A stretch of 64,000 nt of DNA from a virus (Duplodnaviria > Caudoviricetes): positions 64,001 to 128,000 of the IMG/VR virus record IMGVR_UViG_3300033121_001553; one strand, given 5' to 3'. A model generated the notes under the pieces. The model worked only from the letters and a program-made list of their open reading frames with translations. It had not been told where the DNA came from and searched no databases. The first letter of the stretch is position 1. Every line of letters starts with the position of its first letter. The translations under genes were made by a program, and so were the position numbers. Below, one piece after another: positions 9,551-20,876 of this stretch.

Positions 9551-12331
9551 TCACTTTACAGCACTTTTAAGATCTTCATTAACACGCTGAATTGCTCTAA
9601 CGAACGACGTGTAACGTGGATACGCATCATTGAAACTTAGTTTCCACGACGTTTCGAATTTTCCAGACGCTATCGTATGGCTCAATGACGTAACGATGTA
9701 CATGTTGTCAAGCGTGGTACCAGTTCCAAAGTCGAAAAAGAATTTTTGTGCAAATGAGACAAGCGGACATCCAACTGTTACCATCGTAAGTTCACCTGGA
9801 TACACAAGCATGGGCACACCGCCAACACCAGAACCGTTTGGCTCAACAGGGTTGCTACGTCCTTGAGACTTCATATTACCAGCTGCAATAAGCTGATTCT
9901 GCTGCGACGATACGCTTATCGACTTGATCATTGAATTATTCGTTCCCCACGTGATAGTTGGAACAATTTGCGTTATTGCGCGTTTTATGACGTCAATGTT
10001 ACCATCGACGTGAACGTACTCTGCGCCGTCGCCACCAGTCTTTGTTTCGATCTTGACATCAAAGCCGCCAGACGAGAGTTTCTCGCTTAGTTCTTTTATC
10101 TTTGCGATGAATGGTCCACGTTGCTCCTTCAACGCTCCATCAGACACGAAAGCATCTGGCTTAAGCGTAAGCTGCTTCAGTATGTGGTCTACGGGACCGT
10201 ACGGTTGCATCTGCTTATCGAATACATGCAACCGTAGTATCTTACTTCCCTCGTATACTGTCGATCCGCTATCAGCGATGCGCATTCTTGGAAGCGTTTC
10301 AAGATGCATGTGAACAACTGGAAACGCAAACGTGCCACCATACTGCTTCAGTTTTTCATCAAGTGCGCTTGTAAAGGCTTTGGTATCTTTATACTTTTTC
10401 TTATCAACAGCTGGTTCACGTTGTTTAGCAGTACGTGGCATGTACAGTTCTGCAAGACCGTATCCATCGCTTCTGTAGTCTTTGAGAAAGTTGTCGCTTA
10501 CGAATGTAAGAAAGTCGTATATCGACATATCAGACGCTCCGCTATCTTTAAGCCTCTCAGAGAACAGTTCTTTGAATAGTCCAACGTCTATCGGAAAGTC
10601 ACCGATATTTCTTGAGCTTGCCGCACCGCACGTAGAACCGAACGTGTAGAAGAACAGCTGCGCTTCTTCGATACCATCGTACTGCGATACAGCAGGACCA
10701 AGAACAAAAACGGACATCACTTGAGAAAGAGAAACGTACTTCAAAGGTTTTCCAGCAACGTTTTGTTCGTAGAATTTCTCGAATCCTGGCGCGTCTGCCG
10801 GCGACTTAACGTAAGCGTCTTTATTAAGCAAATCTAGTTTGTTACTGATACGTCTCTTTATATGCTGAGCATGTCTTTCCTTCAGCGAAAGAACTTTTTT
10901 CTTGTCTTTGTCGTCAGGGTCTAGGCTGAATGCTTCTGTGATTTTATCAGATAGCTGTTTTGCAGCTTCATTTATTTGGCCTGTCGCAGGTTGCCCTTTA
11001 CCATTATCAGACTTCCCATCAGGGCTCTTACCAGCAAGCACATTCTTCAATTTCTGTACAGCTTCTTGTAGCTTATTGCCTTCCAGATCAGATGGCAGCT
11101 CTCCGCGAGATGCTGCTTCAAGCAGCTGAGATGCGCGCAAGTCTGGCATGAAGTCAAGCTTCATTTGCGTACGCACCTCCTTTGAAAGCTCAGTTATCTC
11201 CTCAAGCACATTTTGAAGATTAGTAGTGCCACCAACTTTTATTGCATGAGTCTCCGTTGCGCCTTTCATCGCAAGATCCAGAGAAATCTTTATCTGACCG
11301 GCTGGATCCAATGCATAAGTTGCTGATTTTACGCCATAAATCTCACGGCATTTTAGTGTATTCATGAATTCACCATAAACGCTTGAGTTGACATCGTTGT
11401 CAGGATGCTGCCAACCGTACTCTATATCGATGCTTGTTTTCGCGTAAAAGTCTGGCTTGATCAAATCTGCAATCTCGGTCAATCTTGAACGATCATGCAG
11501 TATGATTTCAAGCTTTGCAGTTTTGTACGCAAGAGGACCAGTCATCGACACAACATTAACGCTAAAATTTTCTATAGACATCAGCGGACGTGTCTTGTCA
11601 AGAACAGGAACGTATCTGTTCGACGGTACGTAAACCTCGTCAAGGTTCAACAGCGTTTGCGGTGATGTGAATAGATCCATAGCTGTCTGCGTGACATCGA
11701 TCGCTTTTTTTCCAATCAACGCTTGCTTTTTTACGCCAGCAAGCAATTTATCAGCCGACTTTTGATCGACAGGCGCGCCGCCAGAGAAAAATTTGATAAG
11801 TGACGTCCCGACAGCACGACCCATGTGATCGAGCGGAGCGCGTGGCAGCTGCATTCGTACATCTATGTACGGCATACACCTAGCGAGTTCTATCGACGGT
11901 ATCGCTTTCATGAACGTTGTTATCTTGTTTACGTTTCTAACGTTCATTGATAGATACGGTACATCACATTTCACAACGCAAGATTTTCTAGATAGCGGTA
12001 CATTAATACCAATAGCTACGGCAGTTTCATATACCTCAGTTCCAAGTCCTTGCACTATTCCAACAGAAGTATAACAACGTAGATACTTCTTGAGATTTTT
12101 ACCATCATCAGATCTAGCAAATTCTTCTATCTGACTCTTTATGTCGTCTGAACCTGCGACGCCGTCTGAACGTGAATGAACCAATAGCTCAAGCAAGAAT
12201 TCAAGCGCACCGTCGCTACGATTTTTTGACGGATCTGCATTGAGCTGTGTTACAGCGGGATCGTCTACAAACTGCGTTAGATCTTTTGGTCTAAGATAGT
12301 TGTAGAATCTTTCTAGAGAGCCAGCAGGCAT
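9551..12331 (-). CDS. Large virion protein, probably baseplate hub-like
   Basis: 926 aa, downstream of the LysM/gp53-like gene. IEYGW motif and C-terminal GCP...YIVTSLSHTIASGKFETSWKL resemble hub/GPD-type proteins. Position-based call. Confidence 0.55.
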   Translation of the reverse strand: MPAGSLERFYNYLRPKDLTQFVDDPAVTQLNADPSKNRSDGALEFLLELLVHSRSDGVAGSDDIKSQIEEFARSDDGKNLKKYLRCYTSVGIVQGLGTEVYETAVAIGINVPLSRKSCVVKCDVPYLSMNVRNVNKITTFMKAIPSIELARCMPYIDVRMQLPRAPLDHMGRAVGTSLIKFFSGGAPVDQKSADKLLAGVKKQALIGKKAIDVTQTAMDLFTSPQTLLNLDEVYVPSNRYVPVLDKTRPLMSIENFSVNVVSMTGPLAYKTAKLEIILHDRSRLTEIADLIKPDFYAKTSIDIEYGWQHPDNDVNSSVYGEFMNTLKCREIYGVKSATYALDPAGQIKISLDLAMKGATETHAIKVGGTTNLQNVLEEITELSKEVRTQMKLDFMPDLRASQLLEAASRGELPSDLEGNKLQEAVQKLKNVLAGKSPDGKSDNGKGQPATGQINEAAKQLSDKITEAFSLDPDDKDKKKVLSLKERHAQHIKRRISNKLDLLNKDAYVKSPADAPGFEKFYEQNVAGKPLKYVSLSQVMSVFVLGPAVSQYDGIEEAQLFFYTFGSTCGAASSRNIGDFPIDVGLFKELFSERLKDSGASDMSIYDFLTFVSDNFLKDYRSDGYGLAELYMPRTAKQREPAVDKKKYKDTKAFTSALDEKLKQYGGTFAFPVVHMHLETLPRMRIADSGSTVYEGSKILRLHVFDKQMQPYGPVDHILKQLTLKPDAFVSDGALKEQRGPFIAKIKELSEKLSSGGFDVKIETKTGGDGAEYVHVDGNIDVIKRAITQIVPTITWGTNNSMIKSISVSSQQNQLIAAGNMKSQGRSNPVEPNGSGVGGVPMLVYPGELTMVTVGCPLVSFAQKFFFDFGTGTTLDNMYIVTSLSHTIASGKFETSWKLSFNDAYPRYTSFVRAIQRVNEDLKSAVK

Positions 12332-12624
12332 TATCCAACGTACTCCGCTACTTGATTAATGTCGGGTATAATAATGACTGTTCCGGGCGGAACTTGAATG
12401 CCCCAACCGATTCCGCTAGCTGCTGCGATGACCCACCAGTAACGTCCGTCGCCGTAAACTTTTCCAGCAATCGTATCAAGTCGTTCACCTTCTTGCAGCA
12501 CACTTTCGCTATACGCGATCGTTCCATCTCTCACGGCGCGCCATATAGCGCTTGAAGCACGTGAGATTCCAATTGCGTTTCCGCCATCGATTCTTGATGA
12601 TCTGCTGTATCTGCTAAAAGGCAT
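12331..12624 (-). CDS. LysM-like baseplate wedge protein (gp53/tail-X like)
   Basis: GERLDTIAGKVYGDGRYWWVIAAAS...VPPGTVIIIP. Confidence 0.8.
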   Translation of the reverse strand: MPFSRYSRSSRIDGGNAIGISRASSAIWRAVRDGTIAYSESVLQEGERLDTIAGKVYGDGRYWWVIAAASGIGWGIQVPPGTVIIIPDINQVAEYVG

Positions 12625-12627
12625 TTA

Positions 12628-15624
12628 TCAACTCTTCTTGTCATCCGGTGGAACACTCTTTCCAGCCATATTACCAACTGGATACACAAATGCTCTGTTG
12701 AAACCATTATGATCGATACCTGGCGCGATGTCGTGGATCGGAGAGATATCCATCGTTACTTTAACGCTCATTGGACCGCGTGATCCCGGCGTAACGCTGA
12801 ATGTTCTTCCTCCGTCGCCTACGCCCCAGTCGAATGCAAGCGACTCTATCACGCATGCGAGTCCTTCACCACCAGCCGATCTGAATGATCTAACGATAGC
12901 ATTCTTCTCATGTGAGAAAAAATCTTTGATCTTCTCAGATGCTTCTTGACCTGACTTCTTTGTATCGAAAAATTTAGGCGTCCATTTTATAAATCTCAAC
13001 GGAATACGATATTTTGTATTGTAAGCTCCCTCTATCGCATTCTCAAGATCTTTAAAACGTCCTTTGTACTGTTTCTTTACTCTAATTTTCGCATCATAGC
13101 TGTAATTCCCATTTGTAGTAATACCAATGTCGCTTACAGCAACATCAGTTAGCTCAATAAACTGTATCCAATGACCTTTAATATTGAGCTCAGACTTATC
13201 TTCTTTGCTGACACCTGGGATAGAAGGCATACTTACGCCTATTCCACCTTCTGACGGTTGAAATGTTACACCGCTCGCATTTTCTTTCAATTCAACGTAA
13301 TAATCATTACTATTTATGTTATTAAGCAAAACATCACTTTGCTCTTGAAAGTCTTTGGCTGCTGTAGCAGCGTCTAGTTTTTCGCCTTCGATTGCAAAGT
13401 CTTTCATACCAGCGCCAAACAAACGTGCGAGAGCAAACTTTGTGTAGTTTGAGCGTATCAAGTCGCCAAAACGTATGCGTACAAGCGGTCCTGTAGCTGG
13501 TACTTGCGTAAATGGTTGTACTATCGTTGTTTTGTCACTTGATGATAGTACATCACCCTTTGTCCACTGCGGATAAACAAGTGTTGTAAGCTTGTTTATC
13601 TTCAGCCACATCTCGTCAAAGTCTGACTCGCTTGTTGCAACGATCCAAAATGACATATTGATTTTTCGTGCTGTTGTTTTGTATATCTTCACAGAGTCAA
13701 CACGTCCGTACATATCATTTGATTCGTACTGAGCTGCGTATGAGTCTGTCAACGACGTAACAAAAGCATGAAATGACATTATCTCGTTTGTGCGTAGATC
13801 GTGAAAATAGAATGGAAAATAATGAGAATCAAGCTCTTTTTCCATTGCTTCACGTGTTTCTACATCGATTCGTGTTACTTCATCTTTAACTCTTTGAACA
13901 AGAACAGATGAGTTATTTCGCGCGCCAGCTTCCTTCAAAGCGACAAGCTCTGGTGAAATCCCACCAATACCACGCAGTAGTACACCAGCGCCAAGCACAG
14001 CTTGTGGCATCAAGTAAATTGCTGCAGCACGTTTCTGAGCCCACGCGAGCGTGTGTCCATCTCGCAGATAGCTCTTAGCAACGTGCTGAGCTCCATCATC
14101 GTACCTATTTACGTCCCACGAAACGCTCTTCAACGAATCCTTATTACGCTCAAGCTCAGCATCACCAACTTTACCGAAGATGTTTATCACAGCGATTATC
14201 TTCGATGACTTGATAACGTTCATGATAGCGCCGATGCCTTCAACAATTCCAAGTGGATCTGTGATGCTGAAGCTATCTGCTATATTACCAATTGACGTGC
14301 CTATCTGATTTGCAGATCTGAACAACATTCTGAAGAATACGATGTAGTAGCCAGGATTGTTTGCAATAGAGTCTGCTCTTGGCTTCGTTAGCGGAATAGG
14401 CAACTGACCAAGTGGATTCAGCAATTCTATCAAGCTGTCCATACCAAACGTTGCAGCCATACCTTTCTCTACGGCTTTATCAAGAGGATTAACAGTAGGC
14501 GTAATACCGATCGCATTTAGTATTGAACTTGATAGCTTGAAACCACTGTACACTTCAGGCTGCACATTTTCGCCAAGTGGTCTACGACCTATTCGTGTAA
14601 TATCTCTTTTTTCCCACTTGGAACCGCCACCGTTCGCAGGTATCAAAGAAAGTATTTTTGTAAGAACGAAGATAGATACTACAGAACCAAGCAACAATGC
14701 GTACGCAAGAGTAGCTTGCGCGATTGGCACAAGACCGTCGAACGGTTCTTCCGTCGTATTCATCGATCCGTAAGAATCGCTATTGTACGAAGTAAGACTG
14801 TCTGGATCTTTCGGGCTAACCTGTCCCTGCTGCTCAGCGTTATATAGCCTTGCAAGTGCTTCTTTAGCATTGAAGTTATCAACATTCGCTTTCAAGATAC
14901 CCATTTGAACAGCGCCCGGCAACAAGTTGCCTGCGGAGTTCGCTTCTGGATCGTATCCGTATTCGTTTGAGTCGAGTTTACCAGCAGCACGCTGCGACAG
15001 CAAGCTACCGATTTTTAGCATTGTATTTTGACGTATTGGCGTTGGGCGTGTCAAGAAGTTAGACACTGTCGACTCAATGCCGAGCGTTGGATCTTTATCG
15101 CGCTTTGTAAGCTCGTCTACGCCAGAGCGTCCAGTAATGTTCGTAAAATGAAGCGCTGGATTTTCATCAACGCCGCGAGCGATGTCGGGTCTATAAACGT
15201 TTGCTCCAGACTTCAACAGCTGATCAACGTATTTCGTCCCATCGGGCTCGTCTGCTATAACCTTCGATGCTGGAACTTTACCAGCATCACCAGTACGTTC
15301 TCTATCGATCGTTCCTGGATAGCCAAGCCTGTTGTACGATTCGTGTTGCTGAAGTCTTGCAACGTCCACGTACGCACCTTCGCCAGCGAATGTTCCGTAT
15401 ACAGTCGAAGTCTCTATATTCGTTTCCATTGTAAATACGCTCGGTTTGTACTGATTTACCTTCAGTTTTGTCTTTATGTAAGAACCGATCGTTTCACGTG
15501 TCTTTTTACTTATGTCGTCGCCTTGAACGACACTTACAGCAGCGCGCTCTTCATTGCTACGATCTGCCCCAGTATCGAAAACAATCTCTACGGGACCATT
15601 TTCAGTCTCTATTGTTGACGGCAT
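12628..15624 (-). CDS. Large baseplate/tail-tube-initiator-like protein
   Basis: 998 aa. C-terminal FHAFVTSLTDSY...YGRVDSVKIYKTTARKINMSF...PLVRIRFGDL resembles tube-initiator folds. Follows the tape measure. Confidence 0.55.
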   Translation of the reverse strand: MPSTIETENGPVEIVFDTGADRSNEERAAVSVVQGDDISKKTRETIGSYIKTKLKVNQYKPSVFTMETNIETSTVYGTFAGEGAYVDVARLQQHESYNRLGYPGTIDRERTGDAGKVPASKVIADEPDGTKYVDQLLKSGANVYRPDIARGVDENPALHFTNITGRSGVDELTKRDKDPTLGIESTVSNFLTRPTPIRQNTMLKIGSLLSQRAAGKLDSNEYGYDPEANSAGNLLPGAVQMGILKANVDNFNAKEALARLYNAEQQGQVSPKDPDSLTSYNSDSYGSMNTTEEPFDGLVPIAQATLAYALLLGSVVSIFVLTKILSLIPANGGGSKWEKRDITRIGRRPLGENVQPEVYSGFKLSSSILNAIGITPTVNPLDKAVEKGMAATFGMDSLIELLNPLGQLPIPLTKPRADSIANNPGYYIVFFRMLFRSANQIGTSIGNIADSFSITDPLGIVEGIGAIMNVIKSSKIIAVINIFGKVGDAELERNKDSLKSVSWDVNRYDDGAQHVAKSYLRDGHTLAWAQKRAAAIYLMPQAVLGAGVLLRGIGGISPELVALKEAGARNNSSVLVQRVKDEVTRIDVETREAMEKELDSHYFPFYFHDLRTNEIMSFHAFVTSLTDSYAAQYESNDMYGRVDSVKIYKTTARKINMSFWIVATSESDFDEMWLKINKLTTLVYPQWTKGDVLSSSDKTTIVQPFTQVPATGPLVRIRFGDLIRSNYTKFALARLFGAGMKDFAIEGEKLDAATAAKDFQEQSDVLLNNINSNDYYVELKENASGVTFQPSEGGIGVSMPSIPGVSKEDKSELNIKGHWIQFIELTDVAVSDIGITTNGNYSYDAKIRVKKQYKGRFKDLENAIEGAYNTKYRIPLRFIKWTPKFFDTKKSGQEASEKIKDFFSHEKNAIVRSFRSAGGEGLACVIESLAFDWGVGDGGRTFSVTPGSRGPMSVKVTMDISPIHDIAPGIDHNGFNRAFVYPVGNMAGKSVPPDDKKS

Positions 15625-15856
15625 TGCTTGCTTGGATAACTAGTTCATCTTTATTTTTTCCAGTTAGACGAGATGCAACATCAGCAAGTGGCATAATCCC
15701 GTTGTTAACCATCTGCGCAACGTAGCTACGCAAAGCTGAGACGACTTTTTCTTGCTCTTCGTTGTTTAGCTCTGCAAGCTTTGGCTTTAGCGCTACAAGA
15801 ACGTGTTCAACGATACTATCGATCGCAACTTCATTCGACTGTTTTTTAAACTTCAT
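15602..15856 (-). CDS. Hypothetical protein
   Basis: 84-aa ORF filling the gap between the tape measure and the next gene. Confidence 0.6.
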   Translation of the reverse strand: MKFKKQSNEVAIDSIVEHVLVALKPKLAELNNEEQEKVVSALRSYVAQMVNNGIMPLADVASRLTGKNKDELVIQASNAVNNRD

Positions 15857-15874
15857 CGTGTTAGATAATAATCA

Positions 15875-18800
15875 TCAGTCGGGCAACGAACCTTCATTCT
15901 TCAGATCTGTTGCTGGGAATCCTTCTTTCGTTTCGTACGCTGCATTCACTAGGTGCTGACGTATCACGGAAGACTTACGCTTGATGATCACGTTTTCGAC
16001 CTTACCAGCTTCCATCGTAACGTTCAAATTGACGTTTATAACAACGTCTTTGTTCTGTATCTGGTAGTTGAACTTACCACCGAGCCCAACACCTTTTGCG
16101 ACGGCTTCAAGCTTCGCTGGAACATTGATCGTGTTGAGCTTTCCATCAGCTAGAGTATCATTAAGCTCATTTACTCGCTTAATCATATCAGAAACTGCAG
16201 AAAGCGAACGTTCAATACCACCAGACTTTATCGCATTACCAATCTTCGTCAGTTTCTCAGACGCAGAGATGATGTCAGCTGCGAATGAATCACTAAGAGT
16301 GAACGAAATTATCTTGATGTTATCAGACATCATTGCAAATGAGCTTGTATCAACTTGAGTCATTTGCACCGTTGCTACTTCTCCCATCGCAGATGCGAGA
16401 TTACGCATTGAAAGCAACGCATCTGATACGCTGGTAGAAATTTGCTTGACTGTCTGAACTGTGCTTTCAAGCGTACCAACAACACCGCTTGACTGCGAGA
16501 ATAGCTCGAATACGTTCATCTTTGACGTAAGCGTGCTAATGAATCCTTCAATAGACGATGAGATACCCATCAAAACATCACCTATGCTAGTGAATGCTGT
16601 ATCTGCATTGTCTACGTTCTTTGGAACGCTCTTTGTCGCAGAGCTCATCGAAGAAATAAATCCACCGAACGATGTAATGGCTTTCGAGATAGCATCGATT
16701 TTTGAGATATCTTTGCTCGTAAGCTGTTCTGCACCAGCGATAAGCGAATTTATGATCCCGCCAGTCATCGCCGGTAGCAGCTCTTTCATACCTTCAAGAT
16801 ACGTTGATATAAACTTACCAGCCGCACCGATCGCATTAGGATCGATGCCTGCTGCAAGCGCGCCGCCGCCAACAGAAGACTTCAGCGTTTCAAGCATCTT
16901 ATCAGATGGCATGATAGACTTCAAAACATTAGCGAAGCTTGACATGATAGAACCCATGCGTTCCATCTTCGTCAAGTTTTCGTCTGTGATCTTTGCAAAT
17001 TCAGGCGAGTTCATACGTCCGATGATCAAGTCGATAACTGTGCCGATCTTTTGTATCATCGAGCCAGCGAAGTACCCAACTTCTTCAAGCGTGTTTATTC
17101 CAGCAAGTTTTGGAAGAACTGACTTTGCGCCATCGATGATTTCACCGCTTGGCGTCAAAGCTTTCATTATCTCCGACGTTGCACGAAGTGAACTTGTCAA
17201 AAAGTTCATCGACTTCTCAAGCTCAGCAGTTACATTGAGCTCTGACGCTTTCTTTACAATCGTGTCTATCGTAAACTGCAGCGCAGATATTGTAGTACCA
17301 ACGAATGTGCCGATCTCGCTCAACGTATCAGTGAAGCTAGGTCCTATGAGACCGTATAGTTGACCCAAACCAGGCTTCGCAAGCTCGATGACAGATACCA
17401 TCGAAGATGAAAACTTACTAAATGTGTCTACAACATCAACGAAAATTTTAACTTTTGGACCTATTACGGATGGCTCCGGAAGCTGTTCTATCTTTGTAAG
17501 AAGATTTTTAACTTGCTCTACCATCTGCTCGCTAAATGCAGACACTGCTTTTATGCCAACGACTATTGATACAAAAGTGAACGGATTCATCGTTAGCAGA
17601 CCGACACCAGACATTGCGATAATAGAAAGTCCCAGTGCACCAAGCGTTACAGCTAGACTGCGCATCAACGATGTACCACGCTCTATTTTACTAATTTCGT
17701 CATCTTTCATGTCTTTGAAGACAGCGCCAATCATCGTAATCCCAATGGCGAATACTCCAATCGTTGCTGCAATACCAGCGAGTGCTCCACCAATCACGCC
17801 AGCGATCGCCGCTCCACCGACACCAGACTGAACAGCAACAGCTATGATACCGCCTATCACACCAACGACTGCCGTCATTGGCACCATTGCAAGAGCAAGC
17901 TTAGCCATGATGCCAACTCCCTTAGAAAGTGTATCAGGGCTTACGCCCATCGCATCTATCGCTTTCATCGCAACGCCAATGATAAACATATTTGTGCTAA
18001 ACGTCAACGTGATACCCGCGATAGTGAGCAATGCAGTACCGATATCTTTCGCTGAGGTGTCTTTCATACGTTTAGCAAGTTCATTAAGCGCTGCCATACC
18101 AACGATCATACCGCCAAGCGTTATCATCGTTTTCGTAAGACTACTGAAAGATACATCTTTCAAAATATCTGCAGCTTCTTTTACACGCTTTGCTAGTGGT
18201 ACAAGCCCGATGTATATCACTATGCCGACAGCAGCAAGTTTCATTGCCATCGTTGCTGCTTCTGCAGCGCCGAACTTTACCTTGCTCATAGCACTTTGGG
18301 CCTTTGCAGTTTGTTGAACTGCTGTAGCTGCAGCTGGCAAATCCTTTGCTTGCTCAGCAAGATCTTTTGCAGTTGATCCTGCATTTGCCGCTGCTGTTGC
18401 AGCCGACCCAGCTTTTTTAGCAACTGCCTCTTGTTTTTTTGTCGCAATCAAATTAACAATACCGGTCGCAAATGCACCAGCGCCTGCAGCAAATACAGAC
18501 TGCATAACAGCCGGACCAAACATTGCCAAGCTAAGGTAGATCATTGCTTTTTTGATCTTTGACTGCACGCTTGGCTTATTGAAATAATCGCCTATTTTAT
18601 CTGTTATGATGTCAAACAAACTCGTAAATGCATCCCAGAGTCCACGCCAAGCATCACTCTTTATAAGCTTGATGATCGGATCAAGTATCTGCATCAAGAT
18701 ACCTTGCGCACCAGACGTATCAAGTGAAAAATCACCTGTCTTAATGAAGTCTATAAGTTTACGAATACCTTCAGTAAGTGTACGTGCGCCCCACTCAAGA

Positions 18801-20758
18801 CCAGAAGCAAAAACTTTCATAAAGCTGATTGCTATCGTCTTTCCAGACTCAAGCAGTTTATTAACTGCTGGTGACTTGTCGGAGAAGACCTTCTGGAAGA
18901 CAGCGTACAAACCGCCGTTTTGATCTCCGATGAGATCTTTAAGGTTTAGCGTAACAAAAAATTTCTTGAATACATCTCTCACGTCACCGAGCATCTGCTG
19001 AAATTTCTTTTTATCGAAAATTTCTATGAAAGACTTCAGCGCTGTCTTTACTGCTCCGCCACCGAAAGTATCGACGAATATGCGTCCAACCTCACGTCCC
19101 ATAAGAAACGTCTGATTTAGAGTTGTACGAATCGATATCATTAGCTCTCTAAATTCTTTAGTGCTCTTGATACCAGCAATGAAACCCTGGAAAAACCTGT
19201 CTACGAATCCACCACTTCCAAGCATCTGACCGTCTTTTACGAGACGCTCGATCTGATCAGCAACGCGCTTCAATGCTTCACCAGTAGAGATCTGCTGCGC
19301 AGCGCTCTTAGCTGCTTCTTTCTTTACATCATCGTAAGACTTCGACAAGCCGTCTTGACTAAATGCGAGTCGCAATGAAGCATCGTCCATCTTCAACGTG
19401 TCTGCTAGCGCTTTTCTTTGAAACTTATTCATTGACTCGTAGCTATAGCCAGCTTCTGCTATTGACTTTTGAATCATGCTGAACTGCGCTGCAGGATCTT
19501 CTTCCATCATCAACGAATACGCGTCTACTGACGCGCCGAATGCTTGCGCGAGCTTCGATGCTGCTTCTGCACCGCCCTCGATCGAATCGAACTGATCAAG
19601 CGTACTCTTCAGCTGTTCGGCTGACAGACCAAGTCGTTGCATTTGCGCTGCAGCTGATGCGATTGTTTTTGTATCAAGGTAGTTTGGCCCAAACTGCTTC
19701 TGGATCACTGCCATCTCGCGTGAGACCATCTTCGCCGACAGCCCCCAACCCTTGTTTGCATCAGTCATTCCGCGCGAAACTTTAGCCCAGTCAGCCTGCA
19801 TCTTCACGAGTGTTGTACCGCTTGACTTAGCGTGCACAGCCATGAGCTTCATCTCTTCGGCAGAGTGCCCAAGCGCTTTTCCGAAGCCAAGCACGTAGCC
19901 AGACGTATCACGAAATTCATTCTGTATTACGTTAAAAACAGCACCGAACTTATCAGCTACCTCACGTATGTAGTTCAACTGTTCGGCCATATCGCCGAAC
20001 ACTTGCATAACGCCAAGACCAGAGTCTTTAAAGGTGTTATTTAGCGTTTTGAAACCAGTTATGACAGCTGACGCAGGGCCCTGCTGAAAGCTGCCAAACA
20101 CCTTTCGCACTTCTTCGTAAGCGCGTGCAAGCTCGTTCCCGCCACCACCCTCCTCTGCGAGAGAGATAAGACCTTCAAGCATCTTGAATGGTATCGAAAT
20201 TATCGCTTTACCAATATTGAATATACTTTCGACAAATCCACCAACTGCGCCAAGTCCAACACGTAGAATTGCAGATGTATTCTTTATGCCCTCATAAAGA
20301 CCTTTTGCTCCACCAGTTGCAGCTGCGGCTCCAATTGCCATATCGCCATATTCATCGTTCAACTGCTTCAAAACATCGATCTTTCGAAGCATGCTGCGTG
20401 AAAGAATATTGAAGATCGCATGTTGCTCTTTAGAACGTCCCGTTGAACGCACTTGCGCTGCCGATAGAAGATCTGAAGCTGATGTCGCTTTCTCGCTTGC
20501 CTCAGCTAGAGCTTCATTCGCTGCTTGTGTATCATTTATGCCAATGCGTGCATCGCGCATTGCAGATGTAAGAGACTTAGCGCTTGCTGCGACATTATCC
20601 AAGCCTGCACCAGACTTTGCGTAAGCGTTCATCGTTTCACGCATCGCGTCAAGCAAGTCTCTCTGAGAACTTATTGAATTTGCAATCTGCTCTTGCAAAC
20701 GAAGTTGATTCTCAAGCAGAGCATTTATCTGTTTTGTTATCTCAAGATTATCTGCCAT
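15875..20758 (-). CDS. Tape measure protein
   Basis: 1627 aa, Ala/Gly-rich and helical with hydrophobic segments. Lies downstream of tail tube and chaperone genes. Confidence 0.85.
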   Translation of the reverse strand: MADNLEITKQINALLENQLRLQEQIANSISSQRDLLDAMRETMNAYAKSGAGLDNVAASAKSLTSAMRDARIGINDTQAANEALAEASEKATSASDLLSAAQVRSTGRSKEQHAIFNILSRSMLRKIDVLKQLNDEYGDMAIGAAAATGGAKGLYEGIKNTSAILRVGLGAVGGFVESIFNIGKAIISIPFKMLEGLISLAEEGGGGNELARAYEEVRKVFGSFQQGPASAVITGFKTLNNTFKDSGLGVMQVFGDMAEQLNYIREVADKFGAVFNVIQNEFRDTSGYVLGFGKALGHSAEEMKLMAVHAKSSGTTLVKMQADWAKVSRGMTDANKGWGLSAKMVSREMAVIQKQFGPNYLDTKTIASAAAQMQRLGLSAEQLKSTLDQFDSIEGGAEAASKLAQAFGASVDAYSLMMEEDPAAQFSMIQKSIAEAGYSYESMNKFQRKALADTLKMDDASLRLAFSQDGLSKSYDDVKKEAAKSAAQQISTGEALKRVADQIERLVKDGQMLGSGGFVDRFFQGFIAGIKSTKEFRELMISIRTTLNQTFLMGREVGRIFVDTFGGGAVKTALKSFIEIFDKKKFQQMLGDVRDVFKKFFVTLNLKDLIGDQNGGLYAVFQKVFSDKSPAVNKLLESGKTIAISFMKVFASGLEWGARTLTEGIRKLIDFIKTGDFSLDTSGAQGILMQILDPIIKLIKSDAWRGLWDAFTSLFDIITDKIGDYFNKPSVQSKIKKAMIYLSLAMFGPAVMQSVFAAGAGAFATGIVNLIATKKQEAVAKKAGSAATAAANAGSTAKDLAEQAKDLPAAATAVQQTAKAQSAMSKVKFGAAEAATMAMKLAAVGIVIYIGLVPLAKRVKEAADILKDVSFSSLTKTMITLGGMIVGMAALNELAKRMKDTSAKDIGTALLTIAGITLTFSTNMFIIGVAMKAIDAMGVSPDTLSKGVGIMAKLALAMVPMTAVVGVIGGIIAVAVQSGVGGAAIAGVIGGALAGIAATIGVFAIGITMIGAVFKDMKDDEISKIERGTSLMRSLAVTLGALGLSIIAMSGVGLLTMNPFTFVSIVVGIKAVSAFSEQMVEQVKNLLTKIEQLPEPSVIGPKVKIFVDVVDTFSKFSSSMVSVIELAKPGLGQLYGLIGPSFTDTLSEIGTFVGTTISALQFTIDTIVKKASELNVTAELEKSMNFLTSSLRATSEIMKALTPSGEIIDGAKSVLPKLAGINTLEEVGYFAGSMIQKIGTVIDLIIGRMNSPEFAKITDENLTKMERMGSIMSSFANVLKSIMPSDKMLETLKSSVGGGALAAGIDPNAIGAAGKFISTYLEGMKELLPAMTGGIINSLIAGAEQLTSKDISKIDAISKAITSFGGFISSMSSATKSVPKNVDNADTAFTSIGDVLMGISSSIEGFISTLTSKMNVFELFSQSSGVVGTLESTVQTVKQISTSVSDALLSMRNLASAMGEVATVQMTQVDTSSFAMMSDNIKIISFTLSDSFAADIISASEKLTKIGNAIKSGGIERSLSAVSDMIKRVNELNDTLADGKLNTINVPAKLEAVAKGVGLGGKFNYQIQNKDVVINVNLNVTMEAGKVENVIIKRKSSVIRQHLVNAAYETKEGFPATDLKNEGSLPD

Positions 20759-20786
20759 GGCCCACCAGTAACACCAGAATGCGTAT

Positions 20787-20835
20787 AAAAAAAACTTCTT
20801 CGCCCGGTAACGGTTTTTATTGACCGTCCGGGCGA
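20787..20835 (-). terminator. GC-rich hairpin plus U tract upstream of the tape measure
   Basis: tcgcccgg/ccgggcga outer stem and acggt/accgt inner stem, then agaag and T8 on the minus strand. Confidence 0.6.
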
Positions 20836-20876
20836 GATTTTTGAAAATTTCGTTCTGCAGCTCACCGCATAAGTAA

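Noticed and set aside
16461-18923. Plus-strand ORFs up to 300 aa (also 37388-38284, 46696-47241 and others)
   Set aside because: They are antisense shadows of real genes. Missing TTA on the coding strand removes TAA stops from the antisense frame and lengthens them.
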